Assembly (NCBI GenBank): GCA_025930495.1
Contig: JAICOU010000001.1
Location: forward strand, 11,867 to 75,866
Direction of reading: 5' to 3'
DNA: 64,000 nucleotides
Source: Nitrososphaeraceae archaeon
GTDB lineage: Archaea; Thermoproteota; Nitrososphaeria; Nitrososphaerales; Nitrosopumilaceae
Part shown: in pieces, positions 1-10,527 of the stretch
Position numbering within the stretch: the first letter of the stretch is position 1
Layout: each line of letters opens with the position of its first letter
Notes under the pieces: model-generated
The model's input: only the letters and a program-made list of their open reading frames with translations
The model's database searches: none
What the model was told of the DNA's origin: nothing
Made by a program: the position numbers and the translations under genes

Positions 1-409
<409 letters not shown>

Positions 410-2527
410 CTATTTCCCGAGTACTTTGCCCCATTGAGCTAATGCAGATGCAGCTGCAACCCAAGTTCGAAGATCACTGTAAACTGGAACATTATTTGCC
501 TCAATCAATTTTGTCATTTTTTCAGTATATGGGCCACCGTTACCGCCAGCAAGAATTGGTTTTTGTTTTTTCTTTGATAATTCAGCTAGATATTCAACTA
601 TTGTTTCTTCAAGTGGATCATCTTGGAAAACAAACCAGGGCATAGCAATATCGATATTCTTTTCGTCAAGAAATTGCTGGATGACAAATCTATAATCATC
701 TGCATTTGCACCACCACCTACATCTGCGGGATTACCATTATGAATTGGAACAGTTGGTGGAAAACGTTCCTTCATTTTTTTGAGAAGTTCTGGTGACAAC
801 TTTCCAATAGTAAGACCTAATCTTTCTAATTGATCAATTCCACCAATCATTGGACCAGCGCCATTACTTGTCATAGCAACACGATTTCCCTTTGCAGGAG
901 GTTGCCATGTTAGGGCCTTTAAGACTCCAACCAGTTCTTGATAACTATCAACTGAAATAATTCCTGCTTGTTTGAATGCTCCCATGATGATTGCATTTGA
1001 ACCACCAAGAGAACCTGTATGTGATGCAGCTTGTTTTGCACCTGCTTCAGATCTTCCACTCTTCCAAATTACGATTGGTTTCTTTTGCTCTTTCATTACA
1101 CGTTGGGCAGTATTGATGAATTTTCTACCATCACCAAATCCTTCAACATATAATCCAATTACTTTAGTTTGAGGATCATTTGCAGCATACCATATCATAT
1201 CTGCTTCATCTACATCAGAACGATTACCAAAACTAATCATCTTGGATAAGCCAAACACATCGGCACTTTCTAACATACTAATTCCCATGGTTCCACTTTG
1301 TGAGAAAAATGCAACATTTCCTAATTTTGAACGGATCATTCTTTCTTGTCCTTGGAATGCACAGTCAAGACGATTTGCAGCATTAAACATTCCAATACAG
1401 TTTGGACCAATTACGCGGATTTTGTGTTTTAGAGATAATTCTTTTACTTCAGCTTCCATTGCAGCTCTGTCACCACCAAGCTCTTTTCCTCCACCTGAAA
1501 CGATTACAACATTGTGAATGCCTTTGTTTGCACAAGTCTTCATAATTGGTCCGCATTCTGCAAGATCAATACAAACAACAACCAAGTCAACCTTTTCGTT
1601 AATTGCATCTAATGATGGATAACATTGGATTCCAAGAATTGACTCTTGTTTAGGATTAATTGGGTATACTTTACCTTTGTAATCTTGTTTTCCAAGTGCA
1701 ATTAATACGGAATTACCAATCTTTCCAGGTGTTGCAGATGCACCTACTAGTGCAACAGACTCTGGAGTAAAGAAGGACTCCATTGATTCAATGTTTGGTT
1801 TAGCTTTTGAGATTGAATTCTTTTTGATTTCATTATTTAGAATAATTTTTGCATCTACTACAAAGTGTGATTTTGGATAAACAACTACCGGGTTAAAGTC
1901 AATGCTGTTGATGTAATCTGCATTTTCCACCCCTAATTTTCCAATTTGCACAAGCATCTTTGCAACCATGTTTGTATCAATGGATTCACTTCCTCTGAAT
2001 CCTTTGAGTAATTTTGAGCCTTTGAGTTCATTTAGCATTGATTTTGCATCTGAAGTTGAAATAGGTAGCATTCTAAATGCAACATCTTTCATAACTTCAG
2101 TCATAATTCCACCTAGTCCAACCATAATTACTGGACCAAACTGTGGATCGTTTTGAATACCAACAATTAGTTCAACACCTTTTGGAACCATCTTTTCAAG
2201 AAGAATTCCTTTTACTTCAACTCCTTTCTTTTTAGATAGTCTGCCATACATGTCTTTGAATGTCTTTTTGACATCATTGACATTATCTAGTCCAACTTTA
2301 ACACCGCCAACATCAGTTTTGTGTAAAATTTGGGGGGATACGACTTTCATTACGAGTGGAAATCCGATTTTTTTTGCTTGTTTGACTGCTTCTTCAGCAG
2401 AAGTGACAAGTGCAAAAGGTGGAACTTTAACACCATAAGTTTTGAGAATAGATTTTGATAATTCTTCTGTGATAACTTTGTGGTCGGTTTGAATTGTCTC
2501 CTCAAAAACTTTTTTTACAGAGATCAT
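410..2527 (-). CDS. ADP-forming acyl-CoA synthetase, ATP-grasp + CoA-binding (probable 3-hydroxypropionyl-CoA synthetase of the 3HP/4HB cycle)
   Basis: N-terminal ATP-grasp ([13 protein letters not shown]), CoA-binding domain (VALVGAS, GPNCIG), phospho-His motif AASHTGSL. Tandem with the crotonase, as in thaumarchaea. Confidence 0.85.
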   Translation of the reverse strand: MISVKKVFEETIQTDHKVITEELSKSILKTYGVKVPPFALVTSAEEAVKQAKKIGFPLVMKVVSPQILHKTDVGGVKVGLDNVNDVKKTFKDMYGRLSKKKGVEVKGILLEKMVPKGVELIVGIQNDPQFGPVIMVGLGGIMTEVMKDVAFRMLPISTSDAKSMLNELKGSKLLKGFRGSESIDTNMVAKMLVQIGKLGVENADYINSIDFNPVVVYPKSHFVVDAKIILNNEIKKNSISKAKPNIESMESFFTPESVALVGASATPGKIGNSVLIALGKQDYKGKVYPINPKQESILGIQCYPSLDAINEKVDLVVVCIDLAECGPIMKTCANKGIHNVVIVSGGGKELGGDRAAMEAEVKELSLKHKIRVIGPNCIGMFNAANRLDCAFQGQERMIRSKLGNVAFFSQSGTMGISMLESADVFGLSKMISFGNRSDVDEADMIWYAANDPQTKVIGLYVEGFGDGRKFINTAQRVMKEQKKPIVIWKSGRSEAGAKQAASHTGSLGGSNAIIMGAFKQAGIISVDSYQELVGVLKALTWQPPAKGNRVAMTSNGAGPMIGGIDQLERLGLTIGKLSPELLKKMKERFPPTVPIHNGNPADVGGGANADDYRFVIQQFLDEKNIDIAMPWFVFQDDPLEETIVEYLAELSKKKQKPILAGGNGGPYTEKMTKLIEANNVPVYSDLRTWVAAASALAQWGKVLGK

Positions 2528-2569
2528 AGTTCGATCGATGAATCAAAAACTCTGTATATTAAACTTTGG

Positions 2570-3253
2570 TCAAAGATGAAATGCTGATTTGAAATTATTG
2601 TAAAAATTATTCATATTATTTTTGACAATTGAAATATTTTCATCAATATCAGAACGAATTTTCTGAGGATCAATGTATGGTATTTGATGTAACTTTTCCT
2701 GAGTCTTATCAAGCCAAAGATTAACCATTTCCGCATTTACTTCTAGATGAAATTGTAATCCAACTGCACTATTAATTTGAAATGCTTGGTTTGGGTAATT
2801 TTCAGAATGGACCAACCTAACTGCTTTTTCAGGCAAATCAAAAGTATCACCATGCCAATGAAATACGGTAAAAGGATTTGTAAAGCCAGAAAATAATTTG
2901 GAATTATTATCAATTCTCAAATCATGGTAAAAACCAATTTCTTTTTTTGGACCACTGTACACTTTACCTCCAAAAGTTTTTGCAATCAATTGTGAGCCCA
3001 GACAAATCCCAAGTAGCGGAATATTTGCATCTACAGTTTTTTTAATCAATTTTTGTTCTGCGTGCAAATAAGGCAAATCATCATTAGCGCTTTCAGGCGC
3101 ACCTAAAATCATTACAAAAGAATAGTTTTTGTCTGGAAGTTTCTCATGTTTTGCATTAATAGAATGAATGACAAATCCATCCTCGGTTAAAAGCTCACCT
3201 AGATATCCAATCTCCTCTATTCTTGTATTTTGTATAACTAAAACTTCGGACAC
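2570..3253 (-). CDS. Class I glutamine amidotransferase-like protein
   Basis: GICLGSQL nucleophile elbow, WHGD, and QFHLE (His-x-Glu). Confidence 0.85.
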   Translation of the reverse strand: MSEVLVIQNTRIEEIGYLGELLTEDGFVIHSINAKHEKLPDKNYSFVMILGAPESANDDLPYLHAEQKLIKKTVDANIPLLGICLGSQLIAKTFGGKVYSGPKKEIGFYHDLRIDNNSKLFSGFTNPFTVFHWHGDTFDLPEKAVRLVHSENYPNQAFQINSAVGLQFHLEVNAEMVNLWLDKTQEKLHQIPYIDPQKIRSDIDENISIVKNNMNNFYNNFKSAFHL

Positions 3254-3302
3254 AGATAATTTTTAGCAAAAGTGATTAATATGTTAAAGCACTTATCATG
3301 CT

Positions 3303-3680
3303 GTGCTTGTAACAGAGCAAGAGATTCATGAGATAAGAAATTTTGTATTTCAACTAAATTTAATGAAAGATAGTGTTGTTGTAGTAGAAGGAAAAAGAGA
3401 TGCATCTGCATTAAAGAAACTAGGATTTTCAGGGCAGATAATTGAATTTCATAAGTTTGGAGGAATTGTTAATTTTGCAGATTATGTCGCAAGATATGAA
3501 AAACTGATTATCCTATTTGACAGAGATAGAAAAGGAAGATATCTTACAGGAAAAACAATTCAACTTTTACAGCGTAGAACAAAAATTGATCTTTCTTTTA
3601 AAAGAAAACTCACAGTGATAACTAAAGGAAAAATAAGGTTTGTTGAACAACTAGTTTGTTATGAATCGTATCTAGTCTAA
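3303..3680 (+). CDS. Small TOPRIM-domain protein
   Basis: VVVEGKRD and ILFDRDRKG (DxD) TOPRIM motifs. Confidence 0.75.
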   Translation: MLVTEQEIHEIRNFVFQLNLMKDSVVVVEGKRDASALKKLGFSGQIIEFHKFGGIVNFADYVARYEKLIILFDRDRKGRYLTGKTIQLLQRRTKIDLSFKRKLTVITKGKIRFVEQLVCYESYLV

Positions 3681-3683
3681 AGG

Positions 3684-4958
3684 TTATGGCCAAATACCTT
3701 TTTGGTTAAAGGCCTCTACAACTCGACCTACTGCCAAAGCCATGGTAGCTCGTCTCATGTCAATTTTGTGTTTATTGGCTAACGCATATGCATCTTTGAA
3801 ACCTTTTGTGATGTTACCTTCCATCTTTTTGGCAACTTCATCAAAAGACCAATAGTAGCCCATGTTATTTTGCACCCACTCCAAATACGAGATACAAACA
3901 CCACCAGAGTTTGCCAAGATATCTGGAATTACCAGGATTTTCTTTTGGTAAATTATAGGATCTGCTTCTGGTAATGTTGGACCGTTTGCAGCTTCAGCAA
4001 TTATTTTACATTTGAGATTCTTTGCAATCTTTGCATTAATTTGATTCTCCAGTGCACCTGGAACCAAAATATCACATTTTGTTGTTAGTAATTCCTCAGT
4101 GGAAATTTTCTTGCTTCCAGGGAATCCAACAACTGAGCCTTTCTTTGATTTAAATTCAATTAATTTGCTAACTTTGGCTCCGTTTGGAATTGATATAGAA
4201 CCTTTAGAGTCACTTACAGCAATAACTTTGGCACCCATTTTTTCTAAATATTCACCAGTAAATGTAGATGCGTTTCCAAATCCTTGCAAAACAACTTTGG
4301 CACCTTTCAAATTAAGTTTCAAAGCTTTTGCAGCTTCTCGTACACAATATGCTACACCTAATCCAGTAGCAACGTTTCTTGCCAGAGAACCGCCCATTGA
4401 AATTGGTTTTCCAGTAATCACCCCAGGTGAGTAAACATTTCCATTTAGTTTGCTATATGTATCCATGATTTGTGTCATTTCTCTACCAGTAGTGTAAACA
4501 TCTGGAGCTGGAATATCTTTACCAGGTCCAATAATTTCAAATATTTTATATGCAAATCCTCTGGTGAGTCTTTCTAATTCACCATCACTAAGTTTTTCTG
4601 TTTTTGGATTAACATAGATTCCTCCTTTGCCACCTCCCAATGGAATATCAACAATGGCACATTTCCATGTCATCCAAGAAGATAGTGCCATGACTTCACG
4701 TTCCATGTATTCAATTCCACCTTCAGGATTAAAGTATCGGATTCCACCTTTGTATGGACCTCTATCATTATTGTGTTGACTTCTAAAACCGGTGAACATT
4801 CTAATTTGTCCATTATCCATTTTCACAGGAATTTTTACTCTCAAAACTTTGTTTGGTATTGCTAGATATTCACGTAGACCTTTGTCCTTAATTCCAAGAA
4901 CATCGCATGCATCGTTGACTTGTTTTGTTGCGTTTGCAAAAGGATCCAGTTTTACCAA
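3684..4958 (-). CDS. gdhA: Glutamate dehydrogenase (Glu/Leu/Phe/Val dehydrogenase family)
   Basis: GPYKGGIRY, GGGKGG, DIPAPD, QGFGN, AEAANGP and PDILANSGGV motifs. Confidence 0.92.
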   Translation of the reverse strand: MVKLDPFANATKQVNDACDVLGIKDKGLREYLAIPNKVLRVKIPVKMDNGQIRMFTGFRSQHNNDRGPYKGGIRYFNPEGGIEYMEREVMALSSWMTWKCAIVDIPLGGGKGGIYVNPKTEKLSDGELERLTRGFAYKIFEIIGPGKDIPAPDVYTTGREMTQIMDTYSKLNGNVYSPGVITGKPISMGGSLARNVATGLGVAYCVREAAKALKLNLKGAKVVLQGFGNASTFTGEYLEKMGAKVIAVSDSKGSISIPNGAKVSKLIEFKSKKGSVVGFPGSKKISTEELLTTKCDILVPGALENQINAKIAKNLKCKIIAEAANGPTLPEADPIIYQKKILVIPDILANSGGVCISYLEWVQNNMGYYWSFDEVAKKMEGNITKGFKDAYALANKHKIDMRRATMALAVGRVVEAFNQKGIWP

Positions 4959-5037
4959 GACGATCGATTTTGGAATACCATATTATATTAAGTTTAGTTC
5001 AAAATATCAGATCGCATATTATGTATCTACAAATTGA

Positions 5038-5424
5038 TTAAAGATAGACCTTTTTTTGATTCATCTTTTGATCTAGTTTATCAATTGCCATATCAAGTGC
5101 GCCAATGTTAACTTCTAAAAATGTAGATAGATGAAATATTGCTCCATACTTTTCACCAATTTTGAGGATCATGTTGTTTTTTTCCAGTACTTTCATGTGA
5201 TGTTGAACAGCCTTGTAATCTAATTGAAGTTCCAGTGCTAACTGATGTGTGTTGTATGAGTGTTCAAGCAAGAGCATTATTATTCGCAATCTTGTAAAAC
5301 CACCTCTTGTGCTGGTAAACAAATAGAACAGTAATTTACTGGTCTGTTTGTCTGGTTTTCTTTGTTCTGATTTAGATTGAGATCGTAAAATTTCCTTGAA
5401 TTCTAGGAGTTGGGCTCGAGTCAT
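5038..5424 (-). CDS. ArsR-like winged-helix transcriptional regulator
   Basis: STRGGFTRLRII...NTHQLALELQLDYKAVQHHMKVLE helix-turn-helix pattern. Confidence 0.7.
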   Translation of the reverse strand: MTRAQLLEFKEILRSQSKSEQRKPDKQTSKLLFYLFTSTRGGFTRLRIIMLLLEHSYNTHQLALELQLDYKAVQHHMKVLEKNNMILKIGEKYGAIFHLSTFLEVNIGALDMAIDKLDQKMNQKKVYL

Positions 5425-5544
5425 TTACTTGCACATTATGAGAAAAATTTGCTTAAAACACTATTTCCAGATCTTGTCCATATCCATTACAGATCAACGA
5501 AGGACAATTACCCTTAAATTGACTGAGGAAGAACTTGTCATATT

Positions 5545-6270
5545 ATGATGGCATCACGTGGGTACGATATGACCCCTACAATGTATTCACCTGACGGTAG
5601 AATTTACCAAGTAGAATATGCTATTGAGACAGTAAAAAGAGGCACATTAGCAATAGGCATTTGCAGTAAAGAGGGAGTCATCATGGCAGTTGAGGAAAAA
5701 CCACGTGCACTACAGACTTCAAATGTAACACAAAAAATTTTTCAAGTAGATTACCATATTGGAGTAGCAGCTGCAGGATACATCCCAGATGCTCGTGTTC
5801 AAGTAGATAATGCCAGATTTTTTTCACAGGGAAGTAAAATGACATATGATGAATCAGTAGAGGTTGCAACTGTTGCCAAACACTTGGCAGATCAATCTCA
5901 CCAATTTACACAGTATTCAGGAGTACGCCCTAATGGAGTTGCGTTGATAATTGCAGGAGTTGATCAAAAGGGAGAATCAATCTATGTTACAGATCCTAGT
6001 GGGACTTATGTGCAGTATGCAGCAATTGCAATAGGTGCAGGTTCTGATGAAGTAAACATATTTTTGGAAAAACATTATAATTCTAAGATGAGTTTGAGTG
6101 ATGCAGCATCGCTTGCTATTGCAGCAATTAACCTAAAAGCAGAACAAAAAGAAGGATTGAATCACATCAAAATGGCCAAAGTCACTTCAGATAAAAAAAT
6201 ATTTGAAAAAGTGTCAGAATCAGACTTACAAAATTATTCTAAAAATGCATCTAAATTTACAACAGCTTAA
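5545..6270 (+). CDS. psmA: Proteasome alpha subunit
   Basis: YD...YSPDGRIYQVEYA alpha-subunit signature, plus GIC, RP.GVAL and DPSG motifs. Confidence 0.95.
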   Translation: MMASRGYDMTPTMYSPDGRIYQVEYAIETVKRGTLAIGICSKEGVIMAVEEKPRALQTSNVTQKIFQVDYHIGVAAAGYIPDARVQVDNARFFSQGSKMTYDESVEVATVAKHLADQSHQFTQYSGVRPNGVALIIAGVDQKGESIYVTDPSGTYVQYAAIAIGAGSDEVNIFLEKHYNSKMSLSDAASLAIAAINLKAEQKEGLNHIKMAKVTSDKKIFEKVSESDLQNYSKNASKFTTA

Positions 6271-6322
6271 GTTGAAATTTAGATTTGAAAACTATTCAAA
6301 CTAGTCCATAAAGACGATATCT

Positions 6323-7012
6323 ATGGGATTAGGAAGTTACTGGGGGGAAGTCATCGAAGTACTTCGTGAAATCATACCAGTTTATGACAAAGTAAATTCA
6401 TACATATCACTTGGCAAAGATGTAGAGCATAGAAATAGAGGAATAACAGGCAGAGTGTTTCCAGGAAATAAAATCCTGGATGCAGGATCCGGTTTTGGAA
6501 ACATGTCTAAAACTGCCTTAAAGTTATGTGATGGAAAAATTTCAATTACACTTTATGATCCTCTTGTACCAATGTTAAAAAACACAGGTACTCATTTTGA
6601 AAAAACTCCAGATTTGATAAACGGTGTTTTTGAACATATTCCATTTAAAGATGAAGAATTTGATGCTGTGTTATGCGGATATTCACTTAGAGACGCCATT
6701 AATTTGAGAATTGCAATTTCAGAGATTCACAGAGTATTAAAAAATAATGGAAGATTTGTAATTGTGGATTTAGGAAAACCAGATGAAGCAATAATCAGAT
6801 TGGGAGTATCATTTTACCTCAAGTTTATTCTTCCAGTACTTGCATTAATTGCAGGAGGAAGACTAGGTTTGAAGTTCGGTACACTTTATGGTACATACAA
6901 AAGATGGCCACAGAACAAAAAGTTGGAAAAATTATTACTGGAAAAATTTTCCAAAGTAGAGTTTGAAAAAGATCTTATGGGCGGAGCAATAATGGTTGCC
7001 GCATACAAATGA
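6323..7012 (+). CDS. Class I SAM methyltransferase, UbiE/MenG-like
   Basis: LDAGSGFG, FDAVLCGYSLRD and EIHRVLK..GRFVIVD motifs. Confidence 0.8.
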   Translation: MGLGSYWGEVIEVLREIIPVYDKVNSYISLGKDVEHRNRGITGRVFPGNKILDAGSGFGNMSKTALKLCDGKISITLYDPLVPMLKNTGTHFEKTPDLINGVFEHIPFKDEEFDAVLCGYSLRDAINLRIAISEIHRVLKNNGRFVIVDLGKPDEAIIRLGVSFYLKFILPVLALIAGGRLGLKFGTLYGTYKRWPQNKKLEKLLLEKFSKVEFEKDLMGGAIMVAAYK

Positions 7013-8157
7013 ACAAAGTACTGGTACTTGTAAACATCACCGGTTTAATCATAGGTATTTCTTATGGACTACACGGTCCAATACTACCAATATTTGCAAA
7101 AAACATAATCGGAGCATCATATTCTGAACTTGGTTTTATCGGACTGGCAAATTTTATTCCCTACATGTTTATTCCAATATTTGTAGGAATTCTTCTTGAC
7201 AAATTCAATAACGGATACCTACTAGCAATAGGCACAGCAATCAATTCAACATCAATCTATCTTCTTTCAATAGCACAGTCAGTCCCAGAGATAATGGGAT
7301 TCAGAATAATGACTGGAATAGCTCATGCATTTTTCTGGCCACCATGTCAAGCCATTATTTCCAATGAAAGCAATGAGCAAACTAGAGTCAGAAACATCTC
7401 GTGGTTTACAATGTTTTTTGTGATGGGATTTATGATTGGTCCATTATTAGGAACAGTATTTCTTGAAGGGTTAGATATTACGTATAGAATTCTATTTCAG
7501 ATAACTTCGTTTATTTTGGCTAGTACAATGATTTTTGCTCTTTTGATTTCTAGAAGAGGCATTACAAATCATCGTGAACGATTTTCACTTTCGTCAATTA
7601 AAGAGATGAAAAAATTTCCAGAGGTAATAATATTGTTAATTTTTTGCACTTCATCATTTGGGATAATTCTATCAATTTATCCTGCGTTCCTAAATGACAG
7701 TGGAATGTCAGACACAGACATTTTGTTACTGTACTTTGCATTTGGAATTTCAAGGGTAATATCACTTGCATTAATAGGTAAATTCTCAAAAAAGACCAGT
7801 CAGACTTTGATTGCAGCTACCATAGCCATTTCAATTGGACTAGCAATTTCAGCTGTTTCGGAGTCAATTATCATGTTTGCAACAGCATTGGTGTTTATGG
7901 GATTTGGGTTTAGCATATTTTTCCCCTTGACTCTAGAAATAATTTTGAGTAGAACAAATAAAGCAATATCAGGAAAAATAATAGGGGCTTATGAGACGGT
8001 TTTTGGTGTTGGCTGGGCAATAGGACCTACTATTGGAGGACCTATAGCACAATCGTTTGGTAATCAATCGCCATATCTTGTATTTTTTATCATCGGAATT
8101 GCAGTTACAGTTTTAGCAGTTAAGTGTAGAAAAAGATTAGAACCAAAAACAGCATAA
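7009..8157 (+). CDS. Major facilitator superfamily transporter
   Basis: About 12 hydrophobic segments, G..LDKF loop motif, MIGPLLG and AIGPTIGG; ATGA overlap with the upstream gene. Confidence 0.85.
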   Translation: MNKVLVLVNITGLIIGISYGLHGPILPIFAKNIIGASYSELGFIGLANFIPYMFIPIFVGILLDKFNNGYLLAIGTAINSTSIYLLSIAQSVPEIMGFRIMTGIAHAFFWPPCQAIISNESNEQTRVRNISWFTMFFVMGFMIGPLLGTVFLEGLDITYRILFQITSFILASTMIFALLISRRGITNHRERFSLSSIKEMKKFPEVIILLIFCTSSFGIILSIYPAFLNDSGMSDTDILLLYFAFGISRVISLALIGKFSKKTSQTLIAATIAISIGLAISAVSESIIMFATALVFMGFGFSIFFPLTLEIILSRTNKAISGKIIGAYETVFGVGWAIGPTIGGPIAQSFGNQSPYLVFFIIGIAVTVLAVKCRKRLEPKTA

Positions 8158-8201
8158 TCTAAAAACATTACGTTTAATTTTAAATAAAGAGATTCTATTC
8201 T

Positions 8202-8549
8202 ATGTTTGATTATTCATTGAACATATTGGGTAGTGAATGGATAATCATAGTTTTTGTTGCATTGATATTGATTTTAGGAACCAATCAGCTTCCTAATGCT
8301 GCAAAGAAACTAGGAAAAGCAGTAAATGAATTCAACAAAGCAAAAAACGAGGTTCAGAACCAGATGAAAGGCATTTCAAATACTGATCTGAATATATCAG
8401 GACCTTTAGAAACTGAGAGACAAAAACTGGAGACAATTGCAAAGTCACTTGGGGTAAATGTTGCAGAAAAATCAGATGACGAACTTCGGAAAATAATTTC
8501 TGGAAAGATGGGACAAAAAAATACAGATGAGTCAGAAAATAAAGTGTAG
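8202..8549 (+). CDS. tatA: Twin-arginine translocase TatA/TatE subunit
   Basis: EWIII-TM-G..QLP.AAKKLGKAVNEFNKA amphipathic helix pattern. Confidence 0.8.
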   Translation: MFDYSLNILGSEWIIIVFVALILILGTNQLPNAAKKLGKAVNEFNKAKNEVQNQMKGISNTDLNISGPLETERQKLETIAKSLGVNVAEKSDDELRKIISGKMGQKNTDESENKV

Positions 8550-8552
8550 AAA

Positions 8553-9341
8553 TTATTCAGATTTTTTTATTCGGTAGAGATTTTTATCTAGTCGTTTTTT
8601 GGCAAATTTGTAGTAATCAGGTACAATTTCAAATCCCAAATATTTTCTATTCATAGATTTGCTTACTACAGCTACTTGTCCAGATCCAAGAAAAGGATCT
8701 AAAACAATATCTTGTTTTTCGCTGGAGTAGTGTAGTAATTTTTCAATTAATTCAGCAGGAAGTTTGGTGGGAGTTTTTTCATCGCCAGTCCAATATTCAC
8801 GCTTAATTTCCCAGACATCCTCTTTATCTTTATAATGTAAGCTACGTCCTTCATTTGTTTTAGAATTTTTTTCAAATCTGGAAAATGGGAAAAATTTTCT
8901 TTGTTTATCATTTTTACAAACATAAAGACAGTGATAGTGGGAAGTGACAAATTTCTTTTTTGTTACAACGCCAAACTGATATTTCCATATTATGTGATTT
9001 ATGGTAGTAAATCCAACATCATCTAATGCTTTTAGAATATCTTTGAGATTATTCCAGCCTGAAAAAACATACATGCTGCCAGAGTCTTTAAGAATACGAA
9101 ATGCCTCTTTCATCCAATCAAATGTGAAATCATAGTAATCGATAGCTTTGATCTCATTGTATCCTTGCATTACCCTGGAAGAAATTCTATTATAATTTGC
9201 CTTTGTAGCCTTGAAATTAATAGCAAATGGCGGATCAGTAATAATCAAATCAATTTTATTTTTGGGAATTAATCTCATGCCCTCAATACAGTTCATATTG
9301 TAAATTTTGTTAATTTCAATTTTTTTCATTTTTAAAAACAC
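8553..9341 (-). CDS. Site-specific N4/N6 DNA methyltransferase (beta class), apparently orphan
   Basis: ITDPPF catalytic motif precedes PTKLP and the VLDPFLGSG SAM-binding motif. No restriction endonuclease is adjacent. Confidence 0.9.
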   Translation of the reverse strand: MFLKMKKIEINKIYNMNCIEGMRLIPKNKIDLIITDPPFAINFKATKANYNRISSRVMQGYNEIKAIDYYDFTFDWMKEAFRILKDSGSMYVFSGWNNLKDILKALDDVGFTTINHIIWKYQFGVVTKKKFVTSHYHCLYVCKNDKQRKFFPFSRFEKNSKTNEGRSLHYKDKEDVWEIKREYWTGDEKTPTKLPAELIEKLLHYSSEKQDIVLDPFLGSGQVAVVSKSMNRKYLGFEIVPDYYKFAKKRLDKNLYRIKKSE

Positions 9342-9380
9342 GTAGTTTGTGTAATTAATTTGTGTTAGTATTATTTTGTG

Positions 9381-9503
9381 TCACAAATAGCGTCTTTTTT
9401 CCAATTTTTCAACTCTTCTGTCATCGATATCAGCTCTTTTTTCTAACTTTGCTAACCGTCTCTCTTGTTGTTGTTCATGTTGTTTATTGGTTAGTTTTAC
9501 CAT
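9381..9503 (-). CDS. Putative 40-aa charged helical microprotein
   Basis: Manual translation MVKLTNKQHEQQQERRLAKLEKRADIDDRRVEKLEKRRYL*. It is preceded by the same junction/promoter motif as the neighbouring genes. Confidence 0.45.
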   Translation of the reverse strand: MVKLTNKQHEQQQERRLAKLEKRADIDDRRVEKLEKRRYL

Positions 9504-9551
9504 GTCTTTTCTAACTTTTGTAATAACTTAATGGTTTTGAAAGTTTAGAAG
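9504..9551 (-). promoter_or_regulatory. Shared junction/promoter motif, copy 1 (degenerate)
   Basis: Minus strand reads cttctaaactttcaaaaccaTTAAGTtatTACAAaagtTAGAAAAagac-ATG. Confidence 0.5.
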
Positions 9552-9631
9552 CTAAATCAAATCTTCTTTCATTTTATCAAATTCGTTTTTACTGATTTCA
9601 CCTTTGGCATATCTTTCTTTTAGAATATCAA
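9541..9631. repeat. 91-bp direct repeat, copy 1 (SHOCT-coding 3' end plus flank)
   Basis: Matches 9961-10051 at 86 of 91 positions by manual alignment (offset 420 bp). Confidence 0.9.
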
Positions 9632-9923
9632 AAGCAATTGAATTTGGTTTTTCATCAGTACTGACATCTGTTTTTTGATGTTTTTCACAAGTCAAGACAT
9701 GCTTTTCAAGATTCTCCGAACTTACAGTCTTAAAATCACAGTATTTACAAATCCATGATTCTTTATTTTTTGTACCCTTGTAAAATATTAGCAATCCAGA
9801 TATTATCAACAGTATTGCCAACCCGACAAAAACTTGAGGCACATATTCTACTGAGGATGCATAAAGGAAAAATACTCCAATTAATGCCAGAAAACTACCC
9901 ATTCCAAGTAAAACGAATTTCAA
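9552..9923 (-). CDS. Membrane protein with zinc-finger-like motif and C-terminal SHOCT domain
   Basis: Two N-terminal TM helices, CKYC...HVLTCEKH, and DILKERYAKGEISKNEFDKMK (SHOCT pattern). TTG start. Confidence 0.7.
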   Translation of the reverse strand: MKFVLLGMGSFLALIGVFFLYASSVEYVPQVFVGLAILLIISGLLIFYKGTKNKESWICKYCDFKTVSSENLEKHVLTCEKHQKTDVSTDEKPNSIAFDILKERYAKGEISKNEFDKMKEDLI

Positions 9924-9971
9924 TAATTTTCTAAGTCTTGTATTGACTTAAGGATTTAGGAAGTTTAGAAT
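9924..9971 (-). promoter_or_regulatory. Shared junction/promoter motif, copy 2
   Basis: Minus strand reads attctaaacttCCTAAATCCTTAAGTcaaTACAAgactTAGAAAATta-TTG. Confidence 0.6.
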
Positions 9972-10051
9972 CTAAATCAAATCTTCTTTCATTTTATCAA
10001 ATTCTTCTTTAGTAATTTCACCTTTGGCATATCTTTCTTTTAGAATATCAA
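9961..10051. repeat. 91-bp direct repeat, copy 2
   Basis: Near-identical to 9541-9631. Confidence 0.9.
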
Positions 10052-10487
10052 GTGGTGAATCTTTTTTTGGTTCTGATCTCTGCAAAGATTGGTAAGATGG
10101 CTGAGATATGCCAAAATAAGCAATAACATGTGGACGCCACATATACCACAATACAAAGACATCAAGAATTATGTTTAGGATAGAAAATGGATTTCCTACT
10201 ATTGATGCCAACCCCATTACCAAACCTATTACTGAAAGTACAATGATAGTCATCCGTCCCCAGGGCTTGCCAGAAAATAATGCACCGGCAATCACAAATT
10301 CAATTACTGCAAGGATACCAAAGATTATCAAAAATAAGCTACCAAATCCAGCAGCCATCATACCCATGTAACCCATACTTCCACTTACGCCAAGCATTGC
10401 AGCCCCCATTACGGCCATAACCAGTGATGCTACACCACCAATTAGATGTAAAATTCCAAGAACTGTAATGCCAGTAGGTCTGTCCAC
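9972..10487 (-). CDS. Four-TM membrane protein with C-terminal SHOCT domain
   Basis: RPTGITVLGIL...KPWGR membrane domain and DILKERYAKGEITKEEFDKMK. GTG start. Confidence 0.75.
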   Translation of the reverse strand: MDRPTGITVLGILHLIGGVASLVMAVMGAAMLGVSGSMGYMGMMAAGFGSLFLIIFGILAVIEFVIAGALFSGKPWGRMTIIVLSVIGLVMGLASIVGNPFSILNIILDVFVLWYMWRPHVIAYFGISQPSYQSLQRSEPKKDSPLDILKERYAKGEITKEEFDKMKEDLI

Positions 10488-10527
10488 GATTTTCTAAAAA
10501 TTGTATCCACTTAAGGATTTAGAGAGT
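10488..10527 (-). promoter_or_regulatory. Shared junction/promoter motif, copy 3
   Basis: Minus strand reads actctCTAAATCCTTAAGTggaTACAAtttTTAGAAAATc-GTG. Confidence 0.6.
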
